From contig OW818651.1 of assembly GCA_942492885.1 (NCBI GenBank), positions 1,346,959 to 1,410,958 on the forward strand: 64,000 nt of DNA. The letters run 5' to 3'. The DNA is from an uncultured Eubacteriales bacterium (GTDB lineage Bacteria; Bacillota; Clostridia; Christensenellales; CAG-138). Positions 28,539 through 38,153 of this stretch are shown piece by piece; positions within the stretch are counted from its first letter, which is position 1; each line of letters opens with the position of its first letter. Under the pieces are notes generated by a model. That model ran no database searches, had not been told where the DNA came from, and worked only from the letters and a program-made list of their open reading frames with translations. A program made the position numbers and the translations under genes.

Positions 28539-29147
28539 TTACTCCTTTGTCGTTGCACGTTGTCGCGCTTGTTCATTATGTTCTGTGTTGTTCTGCGCTT
28601 CGCGTCGCGCTTGTTTTTGCTCAAAATAGTCCCGCGTTTCGCGGCACCAATCGAGATAGGCGCGGTTTGCCTTGAGGCCAAAGTCGATGACGCGGAGCAC
28701 CTCGCGGTGGTTTTCGTCCTCGTCGGGGATGCGCTCAAGCTCCTGCTGAAACATCCCGAGGATTTGCAGCTGCTGCGTGTGGCTCTCTTCAAACGAGACA
28801 AGATGCGTGAGCATCACGTCCGGCGCGGCATAGTTGGAAAAATACGTCTTGAGCAGGATTTCCAGCCGCAGGGACTCCTTCTCCACCGGCTGACCCAGCC
28901 ACGCGACGAGCGCTTCCCTGCCCGCGGGCGTAATCCGGTATGTTTTTGCCACATGCCCGCCCGTGTGCTCCTGCGCGCATTCCTCCGCAAGCCCCGCGGC
29001 GGCAAGCGACTTGAGCGCGGGAAAAATCTGCCCGAAGCTCTCGCTCCAGAAAAACTTGAACCGGATATCGACGAGCTTTTTGATCTGATAGCCGCTGAGC
29101 GGCTGCTCCGCCAACAACCCAAGAATCACATAATCTGTCTGTCGCAA
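28539..29147 (-). CDS. PadR family transcriptional regulator
   Basis: 202 aa. 'YVILGLLAEQPLSGYQIKKLVD...FGQIFPALKSLAAAGL'. TTG start 5 nt after GAAGGTG. Confidence 0.85.
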   Translation of the reverse strand: MRQTDYVILGLLAEQPLSGYQIKKLVDIRFKFFWSESFGQIFPALKSLAAAGLAEECAQEHTGGHVAKTYRITPAGREALVAWLGQPVEKESLRLEILLKTYFSNYAAPDVMLTHLVSFEESHTQQLQILGMFQQELERIPDEDENHREVLRVIDFGLKANRAYLDWCRETRDYFEQKQARREAQNNTEHNEQARQRATTKE

Positions 29148-29212
29148 AAAAGCACCTTCTTTATATCTGATAGATACATTATATCGAATATTCTTTCAAA
29201 GTCAATAAGATT

Positions 29213-29235
29213 AAATATATCTTTTTGATATATTT
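29213..29235. promoter_or_regulatory. 23-bp inverted repeat upstream of padR (candidate operator)
   Basis: AAATATATC-TTTTT-GATATATTT with 9-bp perfect arms, 66-88 nt upstream of the padR start. Confidence 0.35.
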
Positions 29236-29244
29236 GCGTACTCG

Positions 29245-29270
29245 AACAAAAAAGCCGCCCGAAGGCGGCA
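29245..29270 (-). terminator. Rho-independent terminator after the flavoprotein gene
   Basis: gccgcc-cgaa-ggcggc stem-loop. The minus-strand transcript continues with ttttttgtt. Confidence 0.65.
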
Positions 29271-29316
29271 AGAGAACCAATGCTGTGCTGCAAGCACGTA
29301 TCAAAAACAAATCGCG

Positions 29317-30639
29317 TTATTTTGCCGCGTTGGCGGCGACGGCAACCGCGTCCCAAACCCCCGCAAACGGCGGCGCGTAGCCAAAGTCCGCGTATCCCAG
29401 CTCGTCGGTCGTCATGCCGCGATCGATCGCGACCGCGATGGGATTGATCCTGAGCGCGGTATCGTGCGCGCCCATCATCTGCGCGCCGAGCAGCACGCGG
29501 TCGAGTGCGCGGTAGCAAAGCTTGATCTCGATATCGCACGCGTTCGGGAAATAGTGCGGTTGCGAATGTGCGCGCACAAGCACGCTCTTGACGTCGAATC
29601 CCGCGGCTTTCGCCTCCGCTTCCGTTAACCCCGTCTTTGCAAACTCCAGCCCCATGCAGCGGAGCATCACCGTGCCCAGCGCGCGGTCATACGGCGCGCT
29701 TTTGCCGACGAGGCAGTCCCCCGCGAGCCGTCCTTGTTTGTTGGCATAGGTTCCAAGCGGGAGGTAGACGGGCTTTTGCAGTAGCGCGTGCCAAACGCTG
29801 GCGCAGTCCCCCGCGGCAAACACATCCGGCTGGCTTGTCTGCATACTTCCACTTGTCTCTATCGCGCCGTTGGGCAGTTTTTGTAGCCCCGCCGCAAACT
29901 CGGTATTCGGCACGATGCCGACGGAGACGATCACCACGTCCGCGTCGTATTCCGCACGGTCTGTAGCAACGGTTTCCACGCAATCCCCGCCGGAAAACGC
30001 GGATACGCGTTCGTTGAGGTGCACCTGGACGCCGTGCTTCTCCAGCTCGCCCTTGGCCGCAAGCGCAAACGCCTCGTCATATCCCGGCAGGAGCTGCCCC
30101 GCCGCCTCGATGATCCGCAGGCTCTTCACCTTTTGCATCAGGCATGCCTCCGCGAGTTCAAGCCCGATGGCGCCGCCGCCGATGATCACCACGTTGTTGT
30201 GCCGGTGCTCGATGGCCTTTTTGATGCGCTCCGCGTCCTGCGGGGTTTTGAGCGTGAAGACGTTCCCTTTGTCCGCGCCCGGCACGGTGAGCCGCCGCGC
30301 ACGCGCGCCGCTCGCGATCAGCAGGCGATCGTAGGTTTCGGAAAACGCTTTCCCCGCTTCGGTGGTTCCGAACACGGTCTTTGTCGCAAAGTCGATGCCC
30401 TCAACCGCGTGTCCCGTGCGCATGACGATGCCGTTCTTCTCAAAATCGGCGACGGAACGAACCCGCACGAGATCGAGGTTGTCGTTGAGCCCCGCAATGT
30501 AATACGGCAACCCGCACGCGCCGTAGGATACCTCGTGTGTGGCTTCCAGCACGACGACCACACTCTGGGCCTCTCTGCGGCGAATGCGCGAAGCCGCGCT
30601 CATGCCCGCAGCGTTTGCGCCGATGATCACAATCTTCAT
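29317..30639 (-). CDS. FAD-dependent pyridine nucleotide-disulfide oxidoreductase (NADH oxidase / CoA-disulfide reductase class)
   Basis: Trimmed to ATG 30639 after GTAGGAGGG. 'KIVIIGANAAGMSAA' FAD motif, single redox Cys 'SYGACGLPYYI', second Rossmann motif 'VVIIGGGAIGLE'. Confidence 0.85.
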   Translation of the reverse strand: MKIVIIGANAAGMSAASRIRRREAQSVVVVLEATHEVSYGACGLPYYIAGLNDNLDLVRVRSVADFEKNGIVMRTGHAVEGIDFATKTVFGTTEAGKAFSETYDRLLIASGARARRLTVPGADKGNVFTLKTPQDAERIKKAIEHRHNNVVIIGGGAIGLELAEACLMQKVKSLRIIEAAGQLLPGYDEAFALAAKGELEKHGVQVHLNERVSAFSGGDCVETVATDRAEYDADVVIVSVGIVPNTEFAAGLQKLPNGAIETSGSMQTSQPDVFAAGDCASVWHALLQKPVYLPLGTYANKQGRLAGDCLVGKSAPYDRALGTVMLRCMGLEFAKTGLTEAEAKAAGFDVKSVLVRAHSQPHYFPNACDIEIKLCYRALDRVLLGAQMMGAHDTALRINPIAVAIDRGMTTDELGYADFGYAPPFAGVWDAVAVAANAAK

Positions 30640-30689
30640 AGTCGCGTCCCTCCTACTTGCTTCTCGTTTCATCGTATCACGTTGCGCCA

Positions 30690-30722
30690 AAATAGCAAAC
30701 AGCTCCGGCAAAATACCGGAGC
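30690..30722 (-). terminator. Weak stem-loop/attenuator between hcp and the flavoprotein gene
   Basis: 7-bp stem gctccgg/ccggagc (30702-30708 / 30716-30722). The minus-strand transcript continues with tgtttgctatttt. Confidence 0.35.
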
Positions 30723-30740
30723 CATTGTTGCATTTACGAT

Positions 30741-32363
30741 TTAGTTCATGAACAGCGCGATGTCGTCGTCCACATTGCCGATGCCCGCGATGCCGAAGTT
30801 ATCCACCAGCACCTTTGCCACATTCGGCGTGAGGAAGCCCGGCAGCGTGGGGCCAAGGTGGATGTTCTTCACGCCCAGCGAGAGCAGCGCCAGCAGCACG
30901 ATGACCGCCTTTTGCTCATACCATGCGATGTTGAACGCCAGCGGCAGCTCGTTGACCGAGGTGAGCTTGAATGCCTCCGCGAGCTTCTGCGCGATGACGA
31001 CGAGCGAATAGCTGTCGTTGCACTGCCCCGCGTCGAGTACGCGCGGAATGCCGCCGATGTCGCCCAGATTGAGCTTGTTGTAGCGGTATTTTGCGCAGCC
31101 AGCCGTGAGGATGACGGTATCCTTCGGCAGTTTTTCCGCAAACTCGGTATAATAATTGCGGTTTCTCGTACGTCCGTCGCAGCCCGCCATAACGAAAAAT
31201 TTCTTGATGGCTCCGCTCTTGACCGCGTCGATGACCTTGTCCGCGAGTGCCAACACCTGCGCATGCGCAAAGCCGTTGATGATTTCGCCGCGCTCAATCT
31301 CTTCAGGAGACGGCAGGGTTTTTGCCAGCGCGATGATGGCGGAAAAGTCCTTTTTGCCGTTCACGTCGGGTTTGATGTGTTTGCAGCCGGGGAATCCCGC
31401 TGCTCCCGTGGTGAAGATGCGCGCGCGGATCTCCTCGCTCCTGGGCGGGACGATGCAGTTGGTCGTAAAGAGAATCGGGCCGTGGAACGACTCAAACTCG
31501 GTGAGCTGTTTCCACCAGGCGTTGCCGTAGTTGCCGACGAAGTTGTCGTATTTCTTAAACGCCGGATATGCGTGCGCGGGCAGCATCTCTCCGTGGGTGT
31601 AGACATCCACACCCGTGCCGCGCGTCTGCTCCAGCAGCTGCTCGAGGTCGACCAGGTCGTGGCCGGAGACGAGGATTGCGGGGTTAGCGCGCACGCCGAT
31701 GTTGACCTTTGTGATCTCCGGCGTGCCGTAGCGCGCGGTGTTCGCCGCGTCCAGTAGCGCCATGGTCTTCACGCCGTATGCGCCTGTCTTGAGCACGAGA
31801 GCGGTGAGTGCGTCCGCGGTGAGCGTGTCGTCCAGCGTCGCCGCCAGCGCTTCATAGATAAACGCCGCGATGTCGTCGTCCTTACTGCCGAGGTTTCTCG
31901 CGTGCTCTGCATAGGCCGCAAGCCCCATCAGGCCGTAGACCACCAGCTCGCGCAGGGAGCGCACATCTTCGTTTTCGGTCCGGAGCACGCCGACGGTTTC
32001 CGCTTTTTCGAGCAGCTGCGCCGTGCCGGAGACGGTAAAGTTCGCCGCGTCGTGATCTTCAATCTTGCAGGGACGCAGGCTGTCTCTGAGCGCCAGCATC
32101 TTGATGACCTGCCGCTCGACGGCATCCGCGTCGAAGTTTGCGTTGGTGATGGTCATAAACAGGCTCGTGAGCATCTCACCGTTGAGTGTATCGAGCTTTT
32201 TCACGTCGAGCTTGTCGTTGACCACGATGGTCGAAATCCCCTTGAGTGTGTAAAGCAGCACGTCCATGCGCTTTGAGACATCCTCGGTCTTTCCGCAGAC
32301 GCCGCGCACTGTGCAGCCCTTGTTGCCCGCGGTTTCCTGACACTGATAGCAAAACATACCCAT
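30741..32363 (-). CDS. hcp: Hydroxylamine reductase (hybrid-cluster protein)
   Basis: 540 aa. N-terminal '[16 protein letters not shown]' cluster motif. GGAGGA RBS 9 nt upstream of ATG 32363. Confidence 0.93.
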   Translation of the reverse strand: MGMFCYQCQETAGNKGCTVRGVCGKTEDVSKRMDVLLYTLKGISTIVVNDKLDVKKLDTLNGEMLTSLFMTITNANFDADAVERQVIKMLALRDSLRPCKIEDHDAANFTVSGTAQLLEKAETVGVLRTENEDVRSLRELVVYGLMGLAAYAEHARNLGSKDDDIAAFIYEALAATLDDTLTADALTALVLKTGAYGVKTMALLDAANTARYGTPEITKVNIGVRANPAILVSGHDLVDLEQLLEQTRGTGVDVYTHGEMLPAHAYPAFKKYDNFVGNYGNAWWKQLTEFESFHGPILFTTNCIVPPRSEEIRARIFTTGAAGFPGCKHIKPDVNGKKDFSAIIALAKTLPSPEEIERGEIINGFAHAQVLALADKVIDAVKSGAIKKFFVMAGCDGRTRNRNYYTEFAEKLPKDTVILTAGCAKYRYNKLNLGDIGGIPRVLDAGQCNDSYSLVVIAQKLAEAFKLTSVNELPLAFNIAWYEQKAVIVLLALLSLGVKNIHLGPTLPGFLTPNVAKVLVDNFGIAGIGNVDDDIALFMN

Positions 32364-32383
32364 ACGAAAAAATCCTCCGTTTT

Positions 32384-32399
32384 CTGCGTGTTCACGCAG
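32384..32399. promoter_or_regulatory. 16-bp palindrome next to the hcp RBS
   Basis: CTGCGTG-TT-CACGCAG. It lies 5 nt upstream of the hcp RBS on the minus strand. Confidence 0.35.
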
Positions 32400-32611
32400 A
32401 TCTGTTCTTTTTTTGTTCAGGGTTAGTATAGTGTTGTTTTCTGAATTGTTCCGTTTGTTTTACAACGTGATGGTGATAATTTCGATATTTCGTTACTGAA
32501 ATACTGGCGTTGCGTGCTATCGTTGCGCCTCTGTCTTCTATATTAAATTGTTTGTCCAAAAAATACAAATAAGCAGGCGGCAGACTGTTTTTGATAGATA
32601 AGGCTGAATTG

Positions 32612-32653
32612 GAAAAAATAAAAGGGGCGGCAGCTCTACTAGAACTACCGCCC
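32612..32653 (-). terminator. Rho-independent terminator after the LRR lipoprotein gene
   Basis: Minus-strand gggcggtag ... ctgccgccc stem (one G-U pair) followed by cttttatttttt. Confidence 0.6.
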
Positions 32654-32722
32654 GTTTAACTCTTTCGTTGATTCAACAATTATTTATCTTAATATGTTTT
32701 GTATCCTGAAAAAACATTCCCC

Positions 32723-33499
32723 TTACGGCTCCATGTTAAAATCCCATTCTTCCAGATGGGCGCGTACTGCCGCAAGCGCGGAGTAGTCCGAAATCGGGTT
32801 TCCGGATAGAAACAGGCGGTTGAGCGCGGTCAGTTCCGCAAGCGGCGTCACGTCCGAAATCTGGTTTCCCTCCAGGTCGAGATAGCGCAGCATACTTAGC
32901 CCGCTCAGCGCGGAGATGTCCACAATCTGGTTGTTGCGCAGGGTCAGCGCCTCTAGATTCGTCAGCTTTGCCAGTGGTGTCAGATCCAGCGGTTGTTCGC
33001 CGTTGAAGACCGTCAGGCTCATCAGGTTTTGCAAGCCGGAGAGTGCGGAGAGATCGTCGATCACCAGACCGCCCATCTGAAGCGATTCGAGCCGGGTCAA
33101 TCCCGCAAGCGGGGTAATATCGACCGGCAGCAGCGGGTCGTTCGCGTTTTGCACCGCGTAGCCGAGGCCAAGATAGGTCAGGTTCGTGAAATATTGGAGC
33201 GCTGTAAGGTTGTGGATATACGGCTGATCTTTGTCCACACCCATCTGCGAAAGCTCCAGTTCGGTGACCTGCTCGGCATCCGCAACCGTGATGTCGCCTT
33301 CGGGTTTGCCGATTGCCGCACGGATAGATGCCTCCAGCGCGTCGTCGTCAAACACGATCACCGTGTCGCCCGGTGCCTGCGTCACCGCGCTTGCATCCGG
33401 CGTTGTATCGTCCGGCACCACAGGCGCAATCTCAGCGGCGCAACCCATCGCCCCAAACAGAAGAGTAGCTGCCATCAGGCAGCAAAAAATACGTTTCAT
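32723..33499 (-). CDS. Leucine-rich-repeat lipoprotein (internalin-like LRR)
   Basis: Trimmed to ATG 33499. Lipobox 'LLFGAMGCAAE'. About 7 tandem 22-aa LRRs ('L..L..L..L.L..N.I.D.S.L'). Confidence 0.8.
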   Translation of the reverse strand: MKRIFCCLMAATLLFGAMGCAAEIAPVVPDDTTPDASAVTQAPGDTVIVFDDDALEASIRAAIGKPEGDITVADAEQVTELELSQMGVDKDQPYIHNLTALQYFTNLTYLGLGYAVQNANDPLLPVDITPLAGLTRLESLQMGGLVIDDLSALSGLQNLMSLTVFNGEQPLDLTPLAKLTNLEALTLRNNQIVDISALSGLSMLRYLDLEGNQISDVTPLAELTALNRLFLSGNPISDYSALAAVRAHLEEWDFNMEP

Positions 33500-33707
33500 G
33501 AGAATATCCTCCAAAGTAACAACATTTGCTGTTAAACAGCAGTTGCGTTATAAACAAACGCATTATATCATGATGGCAAGCGGATATCGTTTCCCGCAGT
33601 CAATCGTCACAGGTAGTTTGATATTGCACCTTTTTTGAACCCGCGAATCAGTAACCTCGTGATTGTACTTGAAATGATACACATGCTCAGAAACCGGAGG
33701 CGCAAGA

Positions 33708-33881
33708 ATGCCAGATGACTTTGGCTATTTCGGAAAAGGTCAAACAGGATACACGCACTATATGCAGGCGTTTGAGCGCAACAACAGCGGCGGAAAGAAG
33801 CCGTCCGGCGGCAAAGGCGGCTGTTTGACTAGCGTGTTGCTGCTTGTGCTCGCCCTTCTTCTTCTATCGCTTCTTATTTGA
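33708..33881 (+). CDS. Small tail-anchored membrane protein (57 aa, absent from the supplied ORF track)
   Basis: ATG 33708 lies 7 nt after CCGGAGG. Sequence 'MPDDFGYFGKGQTGYTHYMQAFERNNSGGKKPSGGKGGCLTSVLLLVLALLLLSLLI'. Followed by the strong terminator at 33900-33928. Confidence 0.45.
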   Translation: MPDDFGYFGKGQTGYTHYMQAFERNNSGGKKPSGGKGGCLTSVLLLVLALLLLSLLI

Positions 33882-33899
33882 AAGACACACGAACGCAAC

Positions 33900-33928
33900 A
33901 AAAGCCGCGGATGTTCCCGCGGCTTTTG
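33900..33928. terminator. Bidirectional Rho-independent terminator
   Basis: aaaagccgcgg ... ccgcggctttt stem-loop, with A/T runs on both sides. Confidence 0.65.
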
Positions 33929-33988
33929 CATGCCCGCTCAAACGGGTCATACCTAAAAATACATCCGATCAGTTTGGTTGCGGGGCTA

Positions 33989-34624
33989 TCACTCGATATT
34001 TTGATCGAGGCTGTAGTTGTTCTCCGCCTGTTCACCGATGAGGCGATAACCGTGAAACTGCTGCAACTGCTTCCAGTCGGATTCATCAATCGTGATCTCG
34101 TATCCGCCGCAGTTGCGCACATACCAAGCGTTATAGGACATGTCTGCGCCGGAAAACGCAGTCATCACCGCCATAATGACGCCGCCGTGCACCGCAAAAC
34201 CAACGCGCGTCTCCCCGCGCCGGATCGCATCAAAAACACATCCGGCAAACGCTGTTGCCGCACGCCGCGCAAAATCCGGTATGCCTTCGCCGTTCGGGCA
34301 AGGCGTAATAAACCCGCCCGCGACCCACGCGCGGTAGGCTTCATCGTTCTCCATCTCAGTCGCGGTGCGCCCTTCAAAATCGCCAAAGTCCATCTCGCGC
34401 AGGTCTTGTACGGTCTCGATCTTAGCGTTCGGGAAAAAGATGCCCGCGGTCTGCTGTGCGCGGCGCATGGGGCTCGCGTAGACCAGCGGGATTTCGGGAT
34501 AATGCTCCTCCGCCAGCGCTTCCTCGACTCCCTCTTCACAGAGCGGATCGTCGGTTCTGCCGTTGTAGCGGTTTTCGAGGTTGCCCGCGGTCTTTCCGTG
34601 GCGCAAAAGGATGATGGATAGCAT
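33989..34624 (-). CDS. Histidine phosphatase family protein (possible alpha-ribazole phosphatase CobC)
   Basis: 211 aa. Catalytic 'LLRHGKTAGN' RHG motif. GGAGGAAAAC RBS. Lies downstream of the B12-type transporter genes. Confidence 0.8.
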   Translation of the reverse strand: MLSIILLRHGKTAGNLENRYNGRTDDPLCEEGVEEALAEEHYPEIPLVYASPMRRAQQTAGIFFPNAKIETVQDLREMDFGDFEGRTATEMENDEAYRAWVAGGFITPCPNGEGIPDFARRAATAFAGCVFDAIRRGETRVGFAVHGGVIMAVMTAFSGADMSYNAWYVRNCGGYEITIDESDWKQLQQFHGYRLIGEQAENNYSLDQNIE

Positions 34625-34773
34625 GTTTTCCTCCGGAGACTTTTGCGTAAAATTTTCCCGTTCAGCCTAATTAAAAGCAAAGCAGGCTGTCTGGCGTTAA
34701 ACGATTATACACCAGAACAGCCCGTTTGTATGTTGAAATCCTGTAAAATGCGTGTGATGATTTCCATCACGCG

Positions 34774-35546
<773 letters not shown>

Positions 35547-35550
<4 letters not shown>

Positions 35551-36644
35551 ACGCGCACCCGCTTGGATCGATAGAAGATCACGATAAAGAGAAACGCGCC
35601 GATGAACGACGTCACCACGCCGATGGGCAGCTCGATGGGGTTCAAGAGCGTACGCGCAAGCAGATCCGCCAGCATCAGAAACACCGCCCCGCCAAAGAGT
35701 GACGCGGGTAGCAGACGCTTGTGGTCGGGACCCACGATCATGCGCACCATGTGCGGCGTGACAAGGCCGACAAAGCCGATCGTGCCGCCGATGGAGACGC
35801 AGACGCCGATCAGCGCGCTCACCGAGATGAGCAGGATGAGCTTGACCCGCCGCACCGGCACACCGACGCTTCTGGCGTTGCTCTCGCTCACGGCAAAGGC
35901 GTTGAGCTCGCGCGAATAGCGCAGGATGATTCCCCCAAAGATGACAAGTGCGCCCAAGAGAACCAACGCGTTCTGCATGCTGGTGCCCAACAGCGATCCC
36001 ATCGTCCAGAAGGTGATCTGCTTGACGCGGTCGGACGCAAACGAGATGATCAGCGCAAGAATGCTAGAAACAAACATCGAATAGATCACGCCGATGAGGA
36101 TGATCGTATTGGTGCTCATCGAATAGTCGATTTTATACGCCAGCGAGAGAATGATCAGCAGCGAGAGAAACGCAAACACGATCGCCAACACCATCGTGCC
36201 CGCAAACGGAAACATCGGCAGCGTGATGCCAAACGCGATGGCGACCACCGCGCCGAGCGACGCGCCGCTGGCAACGCCGAGCGTGCTGCCGTCGGCAAGC
36301 GGGTTTTTGAGTAACCCCTGCATGGCGCCGCCGCAGAGGGAAAGAGCCGCGCCCGTGAGCGCAACGCATAATACGCGCGGCAGGCGAACGGAGAGGATGA
36401 TCGGCACCGAGATGCCCTCCGGCATCGGTAAATGCCAGATCGCGTTCCAGATGACCGTAACAGTTTCTTTTAGCGGCAGGCTCACGCTGCCGACGCAGAC
36501 GCACAGCGCCATTACGCCCAGCGTGACCAGCGAAAACAGGAGGAGTTCGCCAGTGCGAAAGCCCTCCCGTTTGCCGCTTTGTGTGCTCCGCGCGGGGGGC
36601 GGCAGCTCGCCCCCGATGCGCGGTTGTTCATTACTCTTCTTCAA
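35547..36644 (-). CDS. FecCD/BtuC-family ABC transporter permease
   Basis: About 10 TM segments in a FecCD-like pattern. The only in-frame start retaining TM1 is TTG 36644, so the start is uncertain. Confidence 0.82.
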
Positions 36645-36677
36645 AAGAATATTGTCTCTTTTCTTTGGAGCGATATT

Positions 36678-36759
36678 TTACGCCGCTTTATCCTGCGTGA
36701 CCACTTTTGAATCAAGCGCTCAGCCGTTTGTTACGCCGCTTTATCCTGCGTGACCACTT
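36678..36759. repeat. 29-bp direct duplication of the binding-protein gene 3' end
   Basis: ttacgccgctttatcctgcgtgaccactt occurs at 36678-36706 and again at 36731-36759. The second copy holds the real stop codon and the last 9 codons. Confidence 0.85.
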
Positions 36760-37726
36760 CTTTTACAAAATCAAACAGCGCCTGTCCGCCGTCGGCAATG
36801 CGCGGGCCGGGGCGGGAAAGCTCGTTGTTGGGCAGGTTGAGGATGTCGCCGTTCTTCACGGCGGTGACGTCCTGCCAGCCCGCGCGGGAGAGAATCTCCT
36901 CAACCGGGGTCTGCCCTTCGCCAAAGTACATCGCGATGGTCACGATGATGTCCGGGTTTGCCTCAATCACCTGCTCTTCGGAGATCTCCGCCCAGCCGGT
37001 TGCGTCTGCAAAGACGTTTTTCAGCCCCAGCATAGTGGCAATTTCGTGCATAAACGTGCCGCTGCCTGCCGTCCAGAGACCGTATTGCAGCGGGGAAACC
37101 TCAAAATAGACGCTCTTGCCCTCCAGTTCGCCTGTGCGGGCGGCGAGCGCGTCCAGCGTGCCCTGCATGGTTTCCACCACGGAGGCTGCCTCTGTGTCGT
37201 GACCCGTGAGCGCGCCGATCATCGTGATTGCGGTATACACGCCCGCGATATCCTTTGCGTCCGACACCACGACCTTGATGCCCGCGGCTTCGAGCTGCTT
37301 GACCTGATCCTCGGTCTGCGCCATCGCGCTCATCAGCAGCACCTGCGGCGCAAGAGCTATAATCTGCTCGATATTCGTCTCCATACCGGACTGCACGGCG
37401 GGCGCATTGAGCACCTCGGCCGGATAATCGCAGTATTCGCCGCGGCCAACGAGCAGATCACCCGCGCCGACGGCGTAGAGCACTTCACAGTCCGCCGCGC
37501 TGAGCGCAACCACGCGAGTTGCGGGTTCGCTGAGTGTAATTTCACGCCCCATCATGTCGGTGACGGAGATAGCGGCAGGCGCTTCTGTCACTTCGGCGGT
37601 CACTACGGCAGTTGCCTCCGCGGTGGGCTGGGCTGCGGCTTCGGTTGCCGCGGGCGCGCAGGCACCGAGTACCCCCATCAGCAGCAGCGCCGCAAGCAAT
37701 GCGGCAAGCAGTTTGTTGTGTTTCAT
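36731..37726 (-). CDS. BtuF-like (class III) ABC substrate-binding lipoprotein
   Basis: Trimmed to ATG 37726. Lipobox 'LLLMGVLGAC', Ala/Thr/Glu linker, then a periplasmic binding protein fold ('RVVALSAADCEVLYAVGAGDLLVG'). Confidence 0.82.
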   Translation of the reverse strand: MKHNKLLAALLAALLLMGVLGACAPAATEAAAQPTAEATAVVTAEVTEAPAAISVTDMMGREITLSEPATRVVALSAADCEVLYAVGAGDLLVGRGEYCDYPAEVLNAPAVQSGMETNIEQIIALAPQVLLMSAMAQTEDQVKQLEAAGIKVVVSDAKDIAGVYTAITMIGALTGHDTEAASVVETMQGTLDALAARTGELEGKSVYFEVSPLQYGLWTAGSGTFMHEIATMLGLKNVFADATGWAEISEEQVIEANPDIIVTIAMYFGEGQTPVEEILSRAGWQDVTAVKNGDILNLPNNELSRPGPRIADGGQALFDFVKEVVTQDKAA

Positions 37727-37859
37727 GTTGTGTTTGTTCCCCTTTCGAACTTTGACTTTGCTTTGGTTTTGCTTGAGTTTCGCAAATGAATAGAGTTGAG
37801 AGGGTAGCAAATCATCGATGATCCGCTCTTCCTTGCCAACTGGAAAGAAGAGAGGAGGC

Positions 37860-37894
37860 AAATAAAAATGCTCCGCTCTTTGAGGAGAGGGAGC
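37860..37894 (-). terminator. Intrinsic terminator (riboswitch expression platform)
   Basis: Minus strand GCUCC-CUCU-ccucaa-AGAG-C-GGAGC followed by AUUUUUAUUU. Lies between the aptamer and the btuF-like start. Confidence 0.55.
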
Positions 37895-37944
37895 AATGGA
37901 AATATCGCGTGCTGTCGGCGCGCTCGATAGCTTCACTCCACCCC

Positions 37945-38147
37945 AGGAGTATATTTCATGCGCAAACAGGTCTCCCGGCTTAGCTTCATCCTAATAGGAC
38001 GCCTTCCCGCTGATTAGGCAGTGGCTTATGTGTCCGTTCGTCTGCTTCACGGTTACTGGGGTAGCCCGGAATTTTCATCCGTATTCCCTCGGCAGGCTTT
38101 CGCTTGCCGGCGCCTTTGTCAGGCGCAGATGCACACGCTATTCATTT
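37945..38147 (-). promoter_or_regulatory. Cobalamin riboswitch (aptamer)
   Basis: The minus strand contains GAGGGAAUACGGAUGAAAAUUCCGGG, GCCACUGCC, GCGGGAAGGC and the B12 box AAGCCGGGAGACCUG (plus-strand coordinates 37966-37979). Confidence 0.8.
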
Positions 38148-38153
38148 AACTAT

